DNA from: Minisyncoccota bacterium
GTDB taxonomy: Bacteria; Patescibacteriota; Minisyncoccia; Phycocordibacterales; SBAW01
Assembly (NCBI GenBank): GCA_035549255.1
Contig: DASZRD010000006.1
Span: forward strand, 18,546 to 82,545
Length of the DNA: 64,000 nucleotides
Direction of reading: 5' to 3'
The position numbers and the translations under genes are program-made. The notes under the pieces were generated by a model, which saw only the letters and a program-made list of their open reading frames with translations, was not told the origin of the DNA and searched no databases. Below, one piece after another: positions 46,649 to 57,117 of this stretch (the stretch's first letter is position 1; the number at the start of each line of letters is the position of its first letter).

Positions 46649-47548
46649 ATGAATATTGCACGGTATCTTCCGAGTACCCAATTCTCCCTCATCGTATTTT
46701 CAATCCTGGCCGCCGGCGGCCTCGTACTTGCGGCGCAATACGTCACGACCCCGCACCCGACGGCAATGCCCAAGATAACAAGCTCGTCGACGCCGACATT
46801 GCCCGCACCGGATGCTAACTGGCAGGCGGCGCTCGACGCGATCCAGAGCCAGACGGGCATTACAGCGCCGGCTGCGCCAAGCGGCGACACCGTCAACAAT
46901 CTCCTGACCGCTGCGCAAAGCGACAATCTCACCACTACGGTAGGCCGCACGTTGCTGGTCAACATCTCGGCCGCCAAATCGCAAGGATTGGGGAGCGATA
47001 TCCCGACCCAGGACCAGCTCATTGCCCAGGCGAGCAGTCAGATCTCGGTAGGAGCTGACGCCCATGTCTACAAAATATCCGATCTTACGACTGCCCCGCA
47101 GACTTCGGACGCGCTTAAGGCCTATGGCAACGCGGTTATAGCAGCTATCAGCACCCACCCCAGCGCCTCCTATGATGCGACCATGAAAGTAGTCGCACAA
47201 GCCTCAGACTCCGGCAGCTCGGCGCCTCTCTCGCAACTCACTGCGATCGGGAAGGATTATCAAGGCCTCGTGAAGGATCTGCTTGCCGTGCCGGTGCCTC
47301 CGACATTCGCTCCGTTTCATCTCAAGGTCATCAATGATTTCTCAACCATGGCGGCCTCATTTACCGACATGCAAGCTATGATCGACGACCCGCTGCGCGG
47401 TATCGCCGCGCTCCAGACGTACCAATCGAATAATAACGAAGCGACGCGAGTGTTTATAAATATCGCCCAGGCACTCAATCAGCAAGGTATACTTTTCAAT
47501 ACGAGCGAACCCGGAGCGGCGTGGGCACAACTTCTCTCTGCGCAATAA
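46649..47548 (+). CDS. Hypothetical membrane-anchored helical protein (T4SS-like locus)
   Basis: N-terminal TM, PVPP..APFH, DDPLRG motifs; first gene of a co-oriented cluster. Confidence 0.75.
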   Translation: MNIARYLPSTQFSLIVFSILAAGGLVLAAQYVTTPHPTAMPKITSSSTPTLPAPDANWQAALDAIQSQTGITAPAAPSGDTVNNLLTAAQSDNLTTTVGRTLLVNISAAKSQGLGSDIPTQDQLIAQASSQISVGADAHVYKISDLTTAPQTSDALKAYGNAVIAAISTHPSASYDATMKVVAQASDSGSSAPLSQLTAIGKDYQGLVKDLLAVPVPPTFAPFHLKVINDFSTMAASFTDMQAMIDDPLRGIAALQTYQSNNNEATRVFINIAQALNQQGILFNTSEPGAAWAQLLSAQ

Positions 47549-47551
47549 CAT

Positions 47552-49402
47552 ATGACGCGAAGAATCTTATATATCATCATCGGCGGGGTGCTTTTGCTCG
47601 CGCTGTTGCTCGGGTTGTGGTTCTGGTTCTTCGGACGGGGTGCCTCGGAAGTGTCCAACCAAAGTGGGCTCTTTGGAAGCTCCGGCGACCGTACGAGCGC
47701 CGACACCTCCGGGAGCACGGGCGGTAACGGCGTAGCGCCAATAGGCTCCAACGCCGGGACCGGCGTCTCGGGGACCGGCGCCGGAGGCGCCAACACGCAA
47801 TACACTATACCTCCCGCATCAGGCGGCGGCTCGATAATCGCCTACAGCACCACCTCGTCAAGCGGCAGCTTCCAGAACCCGGCGTGGCTCGGCGGCAATT
47901 CCGGCTCGGCAGGAGGCTCGGTGAGCTTCACGCCGACGCCGATCAACACGGTTAACAACACTACTGTCTCGGGCAATCCGTACATCAACGTCAATAACGG
48001 CGACAACGCCGGCGGCGGGAGCGGCAACAGCTTTACGAGCGGGCTTTTGGGCGTAGCGGGCAGCTGCCTTGCCAACTTCCTGGCGCAGCAGGCAGGCTCC
48101 GGACTTACCTCGGCAATCGGCAGCCTCTTCGGCTCGGCCCTGGGCCAGGTACAGGTAACCGACCCTTCTACGCACGCCAACCAGCAGACCGACTCGATCC
48201 TTACCTGTGTTACCAAGGCACTCGCGCGCGCCGCGATCCAGCAGATCACCAACGACACTGTCAACTGGATCAACTCCGGCTTCGATGGCCAGCCGGCCTT
48301 CGTGCAGGACTACAACAAGTTCTTCAATGATGTATCCGACGAAGCGGCAGGCAGCGTAATCCAAGGCGGCGACCTCGCATTTCTCTGCAGTCCCTTCCAG
48401 CTCCAGGTGCGCGTCGCTATCGCGCAAAGCTACGCGCGCCGCAACCAGGCGCCTTCGTGCACGCTGAGCGGCATCACTGGCAACATTGAGGATTTTGCCA
48501 ATGGCACATTCTCCGAGGGTGGGTGGCAAGGACTCATCGCCTATACGACTGACCCAAGCAACAACCCCTATGCCGGCTACATGTATGGACAGTCGGTGCT
48601 CCAAGGGCAGATTGCGACCGCCAAACAGAACGCTACGCTACAGCTCTCGCCGGGCGGCTTCCTCTCGCAGCAGAAATGCACGACCGACAGCTCCGGCAAG
48701 AAAACGTGCACCATCCAAACGCCGGGTACGGTTATCGAATCAAATCTTGAGCAGGTATTTGGCAAGAATATCGACCAGCTCGAGCTTGCGAGCAGCATCG
48801 ACGACATCCTCAACGCGCTCATCAATCAGGTTATAACAAAGACACTCTACAAGGGCTTGGCGAGCCTCGGCAACGGGCAGAACGGCTACGGTGCCTCGCT
48901 CTCAAGCGAGGATGTAGATGCGGAGGTGCAGGCAGACAACCTCATCAACGACATATCGCAGGACGTGCAGTATGCGCAGCAATACGGCGCAACCGCGCAA
49001 GGGAGCATCAGCGACCTTCAGACCGCTCAAAGCAACCTCACCACCCTGGAGAACTGCTGGATCGGCAAGACTTCGACCGGCGCGGCGGCGAGCGCGCAAG
49101 CGGCGGGCGATCAAGTGACCGCGCTCGAGGCACAGGTAGGGGTATACAACAACAAGATTGCCGCGGCCAACAGCACCATCGCGTCGCTGCAAGATATCCA
49201 AACCCAAGCCCTTAACTCCGCCTCTTCGGCCGACGTGGCGAACGCCCAGGACGCCTTCGACCAATTCCAGGCTTCGGGCAACCTCATTACTCAGACGCAG
49301 GTGCAGTCGGCACAGCAGGACCGCACCACGCTCCAGGCGCAGATGGCCTCGCTCAACACCACAACCAATGCAAAACTCGGCCAATGCAATGTCGCGAATT
49401 AG
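47552..49402 (+). CDS. Hypothetical membrane-anchored protein with Cys-containing domain and C-terminal coiled coil (T4SS-like locus)
   Basis: TM, Gly/Ser linker, VNWINSGFDGQPAFV, CSPF, IQTPG motifs. Confidence 0.75.
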   Translation: MTRRILYIIIGGVLLLALLLGLWFWFFGRGASEVSNQSGLFGSSGDRTSADTSGSTGGNGVAPIGSNAGTGVSGTGAGGANTQYTIPPASGGGSIIAYSTTSSSGSFQNPAWLGGNSGSAGGSVSFTPTPINTVNNTTVSGNPYINVNNGDNAGGGSGNSFTSGLLGVAGSCLANFLAQQAGSGLTSAIGSLFGSALGQVQVTDPSTHANQQTDSILTCVTKALARAAIQQITNDTVNWINSGFDGQPAFVQDYNKFFNDVSDEAAGSVIQGGDLAFLCSPFQLQVRVAIAQSYARRNQAPSCTLSGITGNIEDFANGTFSEGGWQGLIAYTTDPSNNPYAGYMYGQSVLQGQIATAKQNATLQLSPGGFLSQQKCTTDSSGKKTCTIQTPGTVIESNLEQVFGKNIDQLELASSIDDILNALINQVITKTLYKGLASLGNGQNGYGASLSSEDVDAEVQADNLINDISQDVQYAQQYGATAQGSISDLQTAQSNLTTLENCWIGKTSTGAAASAQAAGDQVTALEAQVGVYNNKIAAANSTIASLQDIQTQALNSASSADVANAQDAFDQFQASGNLITQTQVQSAQQDRTTLQAQMASLNTTTNAKLGQCNVAN

Positions 49403-51575
49403 CGGCCCAACAAAGAGACTTCTCGCAATCGGCTCAAAAGCGGTGGTGGCATTCACCCTGCTCGTGGTCGTCTTCTCCCCGGTAGGACAACTTCTACAAA
49501 CACCTTGGGTAGAAGCTGCGGGTTGTCCCGATGGATCTCGAGCAGATCAGGGGTATGGCGGTGCTTATCCCTGCTACAACCAGACTACGGAGGCCGAGGT
49601 AGGGTACGTTGATCAGAAGGGCACATTCGTACCGACAGACGCGCAAGGCCACCCCACGAGCGGCGACAACACAGGTGCCGCTTTCTGTAACGACTTCGGC
49701 AACTGTTTGGCGCAGATTGTCTATGTATTTACGGCGGGGCTCGGCGGCTGGGTCGCGGGCATTGCTTCTTTCATATTCAATACCACCGTTCAGCTCTCGC
49801 TCAGCAGTACTGCCTATGCGCAAGGGTTCTTAAGCCAAGGGTGGGCAACGTCCCGCGACCTCGCGAACATGTTCTTTATCCTTATTCTTGTCTACATAGC
49901 AGTTACTGTCGTGCTCAAGGCCGATACGCACGGCACCATCCAGAGCCTGGTGTGGGTTATATTCATCGCGCTCATTATCAATTTCAGCTTCTTCTTCACT
50001 CGGGTCGTCATAGACGCGGGCAACTTCGCCGCCGTGCAGTTCTATGACGCTATTCAGGTACCGAAGGCAGCGGATGAGACGACCGCGAGTCAGGCGGTAA
50101 CCGCAACGACCGGCAAGAAAGATCTCGCCGCCGCCATCATGCAAGATCTTGGCGTCACCAATATATTGAGCAGTAACTCGTTCAAGGCCTTCCAAGCGAA
50201 CAATCAAGATCCTTCCTTCCTCACGGAGTTTATTACGCTCTCGGTTATTTATCTCTCAACCGGCATCATGCTCTTCGTCCTGGCGGCTGGGCTGGCGGCG
50301 GCGGCAATCAAGTTTCTTATGCGCGTTGCTACGCTTTGGATCATTATTATCGTCTCGCCGCTGGCATTGGTCGCAAGCGCGATGCCGCCTGTCAGGAAGT
50401 ATTTTGATCAGTGGCGCGACGCGCTTATTGCCAACGCCTTCTTCCCGGTGGCGTTTCTCTTTATCTTCTGGATCATCACGCTCTTTGCGAGCGGGCTCAA
50501 CATACAAGACACATTTGATAAGCTTACCGCTTCTTCTCCAACTGCCGCCAGTTCGGGGATCGAGACACTCCTCAACCTCATCGCCAACATTACGATACGC
50601 ATGGGCTTCGTGATCGCGCTCATCTTCCTCGGGCTTCGCGCGGCCGATCAAGTCGGCATCATGGGCGCCCAGCTCGCCAACAACTGGGGCAACAAGCTCG
50701 CTTTTGGCGGAAGTGCATGGGTAGGAAGGCAGACTGCTGGCCGCGCCGGGCTTGCCGCGACGCGCAGCGAAGGCTTGCGTCAGTGGGCGAGCGAGAGCGC
50801 GGTGGGCGCCATGGTCTTCCGCGGCGCCGGGGCGCTTAGCCGAGGGAGCTTCGACGTGCGCAGTCTCCCGGGTGCCGGCAATCTCAAGGGTCAATTGGGT
50901 GAGGCAGGGGGCAAAGGTGGCATAGCAGCGTCCGTAGACAAGAAAGACAAGGCTCGAGAAAAAGCAATCCATGACTTTGGCGAGAGCCTCAAGCCCGACA
51001 TCAAAGACCAGAATAGAATCCAGCAAGAACACATTGAAAGTGTGGGGGGCAGGGCTGAGTTTAACGCTCTGGTAGAAAGTCTTACGAGAGATATGAACCG
51101 CACAAAGGCAGAGGCTGAGAGCAACCGAGATAAAGCAAAGGTGGAGACAGACGAGGCAGAAAAGAAGAGACTTAATCAAGAGGCGACTGTCGCAGAAAAT
51201 AGGGTAAAGGCGCTCCAAAAGGAGATTAAGGGTCACGTTGAGCATGGTAAAAAAGAGGCGGATGATATTGGCAAAGAACGCACGCATGAACTCGCGGAAC
51301 GTCTCGCAAGCAATACGGATTTCTGGACTTCGCGCGGCACGCTTAAGGGCATTGCCAGCCTGACCCACCACGAGACCAAGGAACAAAAGCTCGCTAAAGC
51401 CGCTAAAGATCTTATTGACGGAGACGAGCATGGGACTACAGATAACCACGATGAGGAACATAGTCCTGCTACAACACCTACAAAATCTGCACCTACACCC
51501 TCTAAAACGGGACCTGCGAATGATAACCACGCGCCAGCTGCAAATGATAACCATGGCGGGGATCACGGTCATTAA
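49389..51575 (+). CDS. VirB6/TrbL-like polytopic membrane protein
   Basis: GW..SRDLANMFFI, LIINFSFF.TRVVIDAGN, multiple TMs, charged coiled-coil tail; start ATG 49389 overlaps upstream gene end. Confidence 0.7.
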   Translation: MSRISGPTKRLLAIGSKAVVAFTLLVVVFSPVGQLLQTPWVEAAGCPDGSRADQGYGGAYPCYNQTTEAEVGYVDQKGTFVPTDAQGHPTSGDNTGAAFCNDFGNCLAQIVYVFTAGLGGWVAGIASFIFNTTVQLSLSSTAYAQGFLSQGWATSRDLANMFFILILVYIAVTVVLKADTHGTIQSLVWVIFIALIINFSFFFTRVVIDAGNFAAVQFYDAIQVPKAADETTASQAVTATTGKKDLAAAIMQDLGVTNILSSNSFKAFQANNQDPSFLTEFITLSVIYLSTGIMLFVLAAGLAAAAIKFLMRVATLWIIIIVSPLALVASAMPPVRKYFDQWRDALIANAFFPVAFLFIFWIITLFASGLNIQDTFDKLTASSPTAASSGIETLLNLIANITIRMGFVIALIFLGLRAADQVGIMGAQLANNWGNKLAFGGSAWVGRQTAGRAGLAATRSEGLRQWASESAVGAMVFRGAGALSRGSFDVRSLPGAGNLKGQLGEAGGKGGIAASVDKKDKAREKAIHDFGESLKPDIKDQNRIQQEHIESVGGRAEFNALVESLTRDMNRTKAEAESNRDKAKVETDEAEKKRLNQEATVAENRVKALQKEIKGHVEHGKKEADDIGKERTHELAERLASNTDFWTSRGTLKGIASLTHHETKEQKLAKAAKDLIDGDEHGTTDNHDEEHSPATTPTKSAPTPSKTGPANDNHAPAANDNHGGDHGH

Positions 51576-51614
51576 TAATGCTTACTAAAAAGCTCAAAAG
51601 TGTAGAATAGATAT

Positions 51615-52376
51615 ATGCCGGAACAAAACGACATCGCCAAACAAATAGAAGAGCGCATCGCGCAACTGCCCGAGGACATCCGCAATGCGGTGCTTGCGAG
51701 CGATTTCGACCAGAAGATCCAAGCGATAGGGAAGGCGCACAACCTCCATATCGACCAAGCCCAGCAGCTTGGCACCGAAACGTCGCTCGTGATGCTTGGA
51801 GTCCTGCCGATGAGCGATTACGCCGACAATATCGCGCGGGAAGTCCGCGTGTCGCGTACAGAGGCCGACAAGATTATTGCGGACGTTAACACGCAGATCT
51901 TCGCTCCCATCCGCGAGTCGATGAAGCGCACCTACGAAGAAGCGTCGACCGCGCAGGCAGCGCCGGCAAATCCGCCCGCGATGGGCATGAGCAACGGCAA
52001 ATCTGTCGTGATGCCTTCGCGGGCGGCCGCACAAACACCTGTGCCTGTAATGCCTCCGGTACCTCCGTCGCGTCCGGTGCCCAAGATGCCGCCGGCTCCA
52101 GATACGCCTCCGATGACGCCTCCGGGCCCAAGCCCCATACCCGCTCCTCCGATGGTGCCTCCCATGGGGAGCAAGGCTGCAATGCCGCTTCAGATCGGCC
52201 CTACTACGCAGCTCGCCGGTATGCCCAAGCCTTCTATACCCGTAGCTCCGAGTATGCATGCGGCGGATGTAGTGATCACTCAAAAAACAGTCGAGGTGCA
52301 AGCCGCTCCCGCGGCAGTACCGCCCAAACCGCAATCGTACAAAGCAGACCCGTATCGCGAGCCGATTGAGCCATAA
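51615..52376 (+). CDS. Hypothetical protein with Pro-rich linker and C-terminal DPYREP motif
   Basis: Helical N-terminal domain; long Pro tract; ends YKADPYREPIEP. Confidence 0.8.
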   Translation: MPEQNDIAKQIEERIAQLPEDIRNAVLASDFDQKIQAIGKAHNLHIDQAQQLGTETSLVMLGVLPMSDYADNIAREVRVSRTEADKIIADVNTQIFAPIRESMKRTYEEASTAQAAPANPPAMGMSNGKSVVMPSRAAAQTPVPVMPPVPPSRPVPKMPPAPDTPPMTPPGPSPIPAPPMVPPMGSKAAMPLQIGPTTQLAGMPKPSIPVAPSMHAADVVITQKTVEVQAAPAAVPPKPQSYKADPYREPIEP

Positions 52377-52397
52377 AGGTGCGGTATACTGGTAGCG

Positions 52398-52841
52398 ATG
52401 CGCTATCAAGTGCCGCAGTTTATCGAGATCGAAGACAAGATCTTCGGCCCCCTAACCCTCAAGCAGTTCATCTATTTGGCGGGCGGGGCGGGGCTGTGCC
52501 TCATTTTCTTTTCACTGTTGCCGCTATGGCTCACCATCATATGCTCGATACCTGTAATGGCACTATGCGCCGGGCTCGCTTTCTATCAGATCAATGGCCG
52601 ACCGCTTATCGTGGCGCTCGAACATGCCACAGGCTACCTCTTCGGGCACAAGCTGTACCTCTGGAAGCAGCGCGAAGCTAAGGCTTCAATCGCTGCGGCT
52701 CCTGCGACGGCAGGGGCGGCGCTTCCGCCGGTACCTAAGCTCTCGGAGAGCAAGCTCAAGGATCTCGCGTGGTCGCTCAATATCAAGGATCGCAATATCA
52801 TGGGCGTGAACACGCAGCAGCGCACAGGATTTGAGATTTGA
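52398..52841 (+). CDS. PrgI family (VirB3-like) protein
   Basis: YQVPQFIEIEDKIFGPLTLKQF, two TMs, INGRP. Confidence 0.88.
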   Translation: MRYQVPQFIEIEDKIFGPLTLKQFIYLAGGAGLCLIFFSLLPLWLTIICSIPVMALCAGLAFYQINGRPLIVALEHATGYLFGHKLYLWKQREAKASIAAAPATAGAALPPVPKLSESKLKDLAWSLNIKDRNIMGVNTQQRTGFEI

Positions 52842-52842
52842 T

Positions 52843-53511
52843 ATGGCAGACGCACCCGTCAAAGCACAAGCGACGCAGGAATTCGTACCCCTCAAGGAGG
52901 TGCGCGACGGCGTCGTGATCATGAAAGACGGCAGCCTCCGTGCCCTCCTCATGGCATCTTCGATCAACCTCGCACTCAAGTCGACTGACGAGCAGAACGC
53001 GATCATCGGGCAGTTTCAGAACTTCCTCAACTCTCTCGAATTCACGACACAATTTTTTATTCAAAGCCGCGACCTCGACATCCGCCCCTACGTCGCGTTG
53101 CTTGAAGAGCGCTACGCCGCCGAGCTTGACGATCTCATGAAAATCCAAATCCGCGAGTATATCGTCTTCATCAAGGATTTCACCGAGCGCGCGAATATCA
53201 TGACCAAAAACTTCTTTATTGTCGTACCGTACGATCCTAGCCTCGTGGCGCGTGGCGGGGGAGTGAGCGCGCTCGGAAGCCTCATCCCAGGAAAAGGCGG
53301 AAACAATTCTTCTGCGCTTACCGACGAGCAGTTCGAGCAATACCGCACGCAGCTCGAGCAGCGCATCGCAGTCGTGGAGCAGGGCCTCGTGCGCACCGGC
53401 GTGCGCGTCGTGAAGCTCGGCACTGAGGAGGTGATCGAGCTCTTCTACAAGCTCTTCAACCCCGGCGAGCTTGAAAAGCCGCTTCAGGTAAGCCAGATGG
53501 CAGCGCAATAA
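52843..53511 (+). CDS. TraC/VirB4 N-terminal-like partner protein
   Basis: ATQEFVP..EVRDG, SINLALKS.DEQ, FQNFLNSL; lies between PrgI and VirB4. Confidence 0.75.
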   Translation: MADAPVKAQATQEFVPLKEVRDGVVIMKDGSLRALLMASSINLALKSTDEQNAIIGQFQNFLNSLEFTTQFFIQSRDLDIRPYVALLEERYAAELDDLMKIQIREYIVFIKDFTERANIMTKNFFIVVPYDPSLVARGGGVSALGSLIPGKGGNNSSALTDEQFEQYRTQLEQRIAVVEQGLVRTGVRVVKLGTEEVIELFYKLFNPGELEKPLQVSQMAAQ

Positions 53512-53514
53512 TAT

Positions 53515-55329
53515 ATGGCACTCTTGGGATTTTTAGGTAAAAAAGAGACGCCTCCGCCGCCCATGGCGCCGATTCTCCCCGAGCAGATCTACAAGCAGGG
53601 AATACTCGAGCTTCAGGACGTCATCGCGCCCTCAGCCTTAAAGATCACGCCGCGGGAAATCAACCTCGGCGACAAGATCGCGCGGACCTTCTTCGTCATG
53701 TCGTACCCGCGCGTGCTCACCGACTCGTGGTTCGCGCCCATTATCAACCTCGACCGCGTGCTTGATATATCCATCTTCGTGCACCCGATCGACTCGGCCG
53801 AAATCCTGCGCAAGTTCCAAAAGAAAGTCGCCGAGGTGCAGAGTCAGATCATGTCACGCGAGCAGAAGGGCCTCGTGCGCGACCCGGTACTCGACACCGC
53901 CTACCGCGACCTTGAGGACCTGCGCGATCAACTCCAGCAGGCGCAGGAGCGCATCTTTGACGTCGGCGTATACATCACCATCTACGGCGCCACCGTCGAA
54001 GAACTCGACAAGGCGGAGAGCGAGATCAAGTCGATGCTCGAGTCACGTCTCGTGTATGTGAAGCCGGCGCTCTTCCAGCAGGAGCAGGGCTTCAAGTCGG
54101 TCCTGCCGCTGGGCCACGATGAGCTCAACGTCAATTCAAAACTGAATTCGAGCCCGCTCTCGAGCATCTTCCCGTTCGTCTCCTTCGACCTTACGAGCGA
54201 CAAGGGCATACTCTACGGGGTCAACCGCCACAACGCTTCGCTCGTACTCTTCGACCGCTTCAGCCTCGAGAACTACAACTCGGTTATCTTCGCCAAGTCC
54301 GGCTCCGGCAAATCGTACGCGACCAAACTCGAGATACTCCGCACGCTCATGTTCGACACCGACGTGATTGTGATCGACCCCGAGCGCGAGTACGAGTTCC
54401 TCGCGCAGGCAGTCGGCGGACGATACTTCAATATCAGCCTCAACTCTGAGCACCACATCAACCCGTTTGATCTCGCGCCTCCGCGCGAGGACGAGTCGCC
54501 AGCCGACGTATTACGCAGCAACATCGTAGCGCTGGTTGGCATGTTCCGCATTATGCTCGGGGGCCTCACGCCCGAGGAGGACGCGATCATGGACAAGGCC
54601 ATCACCGAGACGTATGCGCTCAAGGATATTACCGTCGACTCTAACTTCGCGGAGATCGAGCCGCCGCTTCTTTCCGACTTCGAATTGGTGCTCGCCGGCA
54701 TGGAGGGGAGCGAGTCTCTCGTGCAGCGCCTCAGCAAATACACCAAGGGTACGTGGGCAGGCTTCATCAACCAGCCGACCAACGTCGACCTCAACAAGCG
54801 CTTCGTCGTCTTCTCGGTCCGCGACATGGAAGACGACCTCAAGCCGGTCGCGATGTACCTCATTACGCACTTTATCTGGAACGCGGTCCGCAAGAACCTC
54901 AAAAAGCGCCTTCTGGTCATCGACGAGGCGTGGTGGATGATGAAGACCGAGGATACCGCCTCCTTCCTCTACGGCATGGCCAAGCGCGGCCGCAAGTACT
55001 ACCTCGGCCTTGCGACGATCACGCAGGACGTCGACGACTTCCTCAAGTCGCCCTATGGGCTGCCGATGATCACCAACTCGAGCCTCCAGCTCCTCCTCAA
55101 GCAATCGCCGACGACGATCGACAACCTCCAGAAGACGTTCAATCTCTCTGACGAGGAAAAGTATCTCTTGCTCGAAAGCGACGTAGGGGAGGGGATCTTC
55201 TTCGCGGGGCTCAAGCATGTCGCGATCAAGATCATCGCCTCGTATACTGAGGACCAGATCATCACGTCCGATCCAAGCCAGGTGCTTGCCCTGCGTAAAC
55301 AGAAAGAGAACCCCCAACAAACGCCATGA
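53515..55329 (+). CDS. VirB4-like ATPase (DUF87/AAA_10)
   Basis: Walker A AKSGSGKS, IDPEREY, INPFD, Walker B LVIDEAW, RGRKY, ITQDV. Confidence 0.9.
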   Translation: MALLGFLGKKETPPPPMAPILPEQIYKQGILELQDVIAPSALKITPREINLGDKIARTFFVMSYPRVLTDSWFAPIINLDRVLDISIFVHPIDSAEILRKFQKKVAEVQSQIMSREQKGLVRDPVLDTAYRDLEDLRDQLQQAQERIFDVGVYITIYGATVEELDKAESEIKSMLESRLVYVKPALFQQEQGFKSVLPLGHDELNVNSKLNSSPLSSIFPFVSFDLTSDKGILYGVNRHNASLVLFDRFSLENYNSVIFAKSGSGKSYATKLEILRTLMFDTDVIVIDPEREYEFLAQAVGGRYFNISLNSEHHINPFDLAPPREDESPADVLRSNIVALVGMFRIMLGGLTPEEDAIMDKAITETYALKDITVDSNFAEIEPPLLSDFELVLAGMEGSESLVQRLSKYTKGTWAGFINQPTNVDLNKRFVVFSVRDMEDDLKPVAMYLITHFIWNAVRKNLKKRLLVIDEAWWMMKTEDTASFLYGMAKRGRKYYLGLATITQDVDDFLKSPYGLPMITNSSLQLLLKQSPTTIDNLQKTFNLSDEEKYLLLESDVGEGIFFAGLKHVAIKIIASYTEDQIITSDPSQVLALRKQKENPQQTP

Positions 55330-56093
55330 TACGCGGCACACTGCTCATACTCCTCGCGCTCTTTATCGACCTGGTGCAGGCAGGGATCTCAATGGCGATT
55401 TTCGCCATAGCCTCTGCGCCCGGCACAGCGCTCGGCGGCGCAGGCGGCGCCATAGCCGGCGCGAAGCTGTGCGGCGTTGCCGGCTCGTTCCTCAGCGGGT
55501 TGTGTGCCACAGCGGGAGGATTCGTCTTCGGCCTACTTGGCAGTACGCTCAACCCGATTCTCCTTCCTTTTACCGAGCCCGTGGGCGCGGCGGCGGGCTT
55601 CGCGATCGATATATGTCTGAGCGCAACTCTCGGGTCCTTCCTCATAGTCATGGTGTATATATTCGTCGGTAAGGTGCCCGTATCGAGGCTTTTCTTCGGG
55701 CTTGGCGAGATAATCCCCGGCATCAACAACCTCCCGTTCTGGACGGCTTTCGTCATATTCTGCCTCATCAAAAAGGAGGCTCAAGAAGGGAAGGGGGCAC
55801 TCGGGGTTGCGGCGCGCATTACTCTTGCCGGGACGTCTCCCGGCAACTTGCTCGGGGCTGCCGCAGCCGGCATACAAGCTATAAACAACGGCAGCGGGCG
55901 GGCGCAGCCTCCTGTGCCGCAATTTTCGCAAAGACCGAAAGAGGAGGCTTTCCCTTCGGCACGCGGCATGATTCCGCTGGCACGGACCATGAACGCCGAC
56001 ATCCGGCCCTCCACACCGCACACAACCAACGACAACATACCTCCCGCGGCGAATGATAATCTACTAAGAGGAATCCAAGCGCATGCGACCTAA
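55326..56093 (+). CDS. Hypothetical membrane protein (T4SS-like locus)
   Basis: Gly/Ala-rich hydrophobic helices, EIIPGINNLPFWT motif, disordered tail. Confidence 0.75.
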   Translation: MIRGTLLILLALFIDLVQAGISMAIFAIASAPGTALGGAGGAIAGAKLCGVAGSFLSGLCATAGGFVFGLLGSTLNPILLPFTEPVGAAAGFAIDICLSATLGSFLIVMVYIFVGKVPVSRLFFGLGEIIPGINNLPFWTAFVIFCLIKKEAQEGKGALGVAARITLAGTSPGNLLGAAAAGIQAINNGSGRAQPPVPQFSQRPKEEAFPSARGMIPLARTMNADIRPSTPHTTNDNIPPAANDNLLRGIQAHAT

Positions 56094-57117
56094 AGTAATC
56101 ATCATTTTCGTCCTGGCATTACTCTTCCTTGGCGCGCCCGCCGCCTATGCTCAAATAAGCGGGGCGGCTGCGATCGACCCCGTGAATTTTGTCATTACTC
56201 CTGAGGCGCCCGCACCGAACCAGCAGGTCACGGTCGAGGCACAGGGCGTAGGCACCTTCCTCGGCGACGCGATGATTACCTGGCAGCAAAACGGCAAGAC
56301 CGTATCCTCCGGCATCGGACAAAAAGTATTTTCTTTCACAGCTGGCAGCCTTGGCATGCCGACGCGCGTCCACGTCGTCATCAATTCCTCGGTGCAGGGG
56401 ACTATTGCGCGCGATTTTACCTTCATCCCGACGACCATCAACCTCCTATGGGAGGCCGATACGACGGTACCGCCATTCTATCGGGGCAAGGCGCTCTACT
56501 CGGCTGGCTCGAGCTTCAAGGTGCTCGCGCTCCCGCAAGTAGTGGTGAGTGGCGCGACCGTCTCGCCCTCGGCACTCTCGTACCAATGGTCGGTCAACGA
56601 TACGCCGGTAGTCGACCAATCGGGCAAGGGGCGCACCGTGCTTCAGGTTGACGGCAACCAGTTGCATACCGACGAAGAGATCTCTGTCGCGGTATACCTC
56701 AATAGTTCGCATATCGGCGATGCAGATATCACCATCCCCGCAGTCGACCCAAACCTTGTTCTGTATGTAAAGGATCCGTTGCGCGGGGTTCTCTTTGACC
56801 AGGCGCTTCCTTCGAGCGTCTCGCTCACCGGCCAGGAGATAACACTCCAGGCAGAGCCATATTACTTCTCAAACGACAGCAAGGAGAGCGGCTCGCTCTC
56901 GTATGCATGGACGCTCAACGGATCAAGCACATCGGGCCCCGACTCCGCCAACGGCACGCTCACCTTGCGCCAGGCTGGAGCCGGAGAGGGAGCGGCGTCC
57001 CTTGGGGTGCAGCTTCAGAACATGGATTCGTCTAGAATAGTACAGGCGGCCCAGGCCGCGCTTCAGATATTCTTTGGCGGGCAGACAACGTCCTCGGGCC
57101 CCACATTCGGCATATGA
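56083..57117 (+). CDS. Hypothetical secreted beta-rich protein (three Ig-like repeats)
   Basis: Signal peptide; repeated W..NG segments; WEADTTVPPFYRGKAL, AEPYYFS. Confidence 0.75.
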   Translation: MRPKVIIIFVLALLFLGAPAAYAQISGAAAIDPVNFVITPEAPAPNQQVTVEAQGVGTFLGDAMITWQQNGKTVSSGIGQKVFSFTAGSLGMPTRVHVVINSSVQGTIARDFTFIPTTINLLWEADTTVPPFYRGKALYSAGSSFKVLALPQVVVSGATVSPSALSYQWSVNDTPVVDQSGKGRTVLQVDGNQLHTDEEISVAVYLNSSHIGDADITIPAVDPNLVLYVKDPLRGVLFDQALPSSVSLTGQEITLQAEPYYFSNDSKESGSLSYAWTLNGSSTSGPDSANGTLTLRQAGAGEGAASLGVQLQNMDSSRIVQAAQAALQIFFGGQTTSSGPTFGI

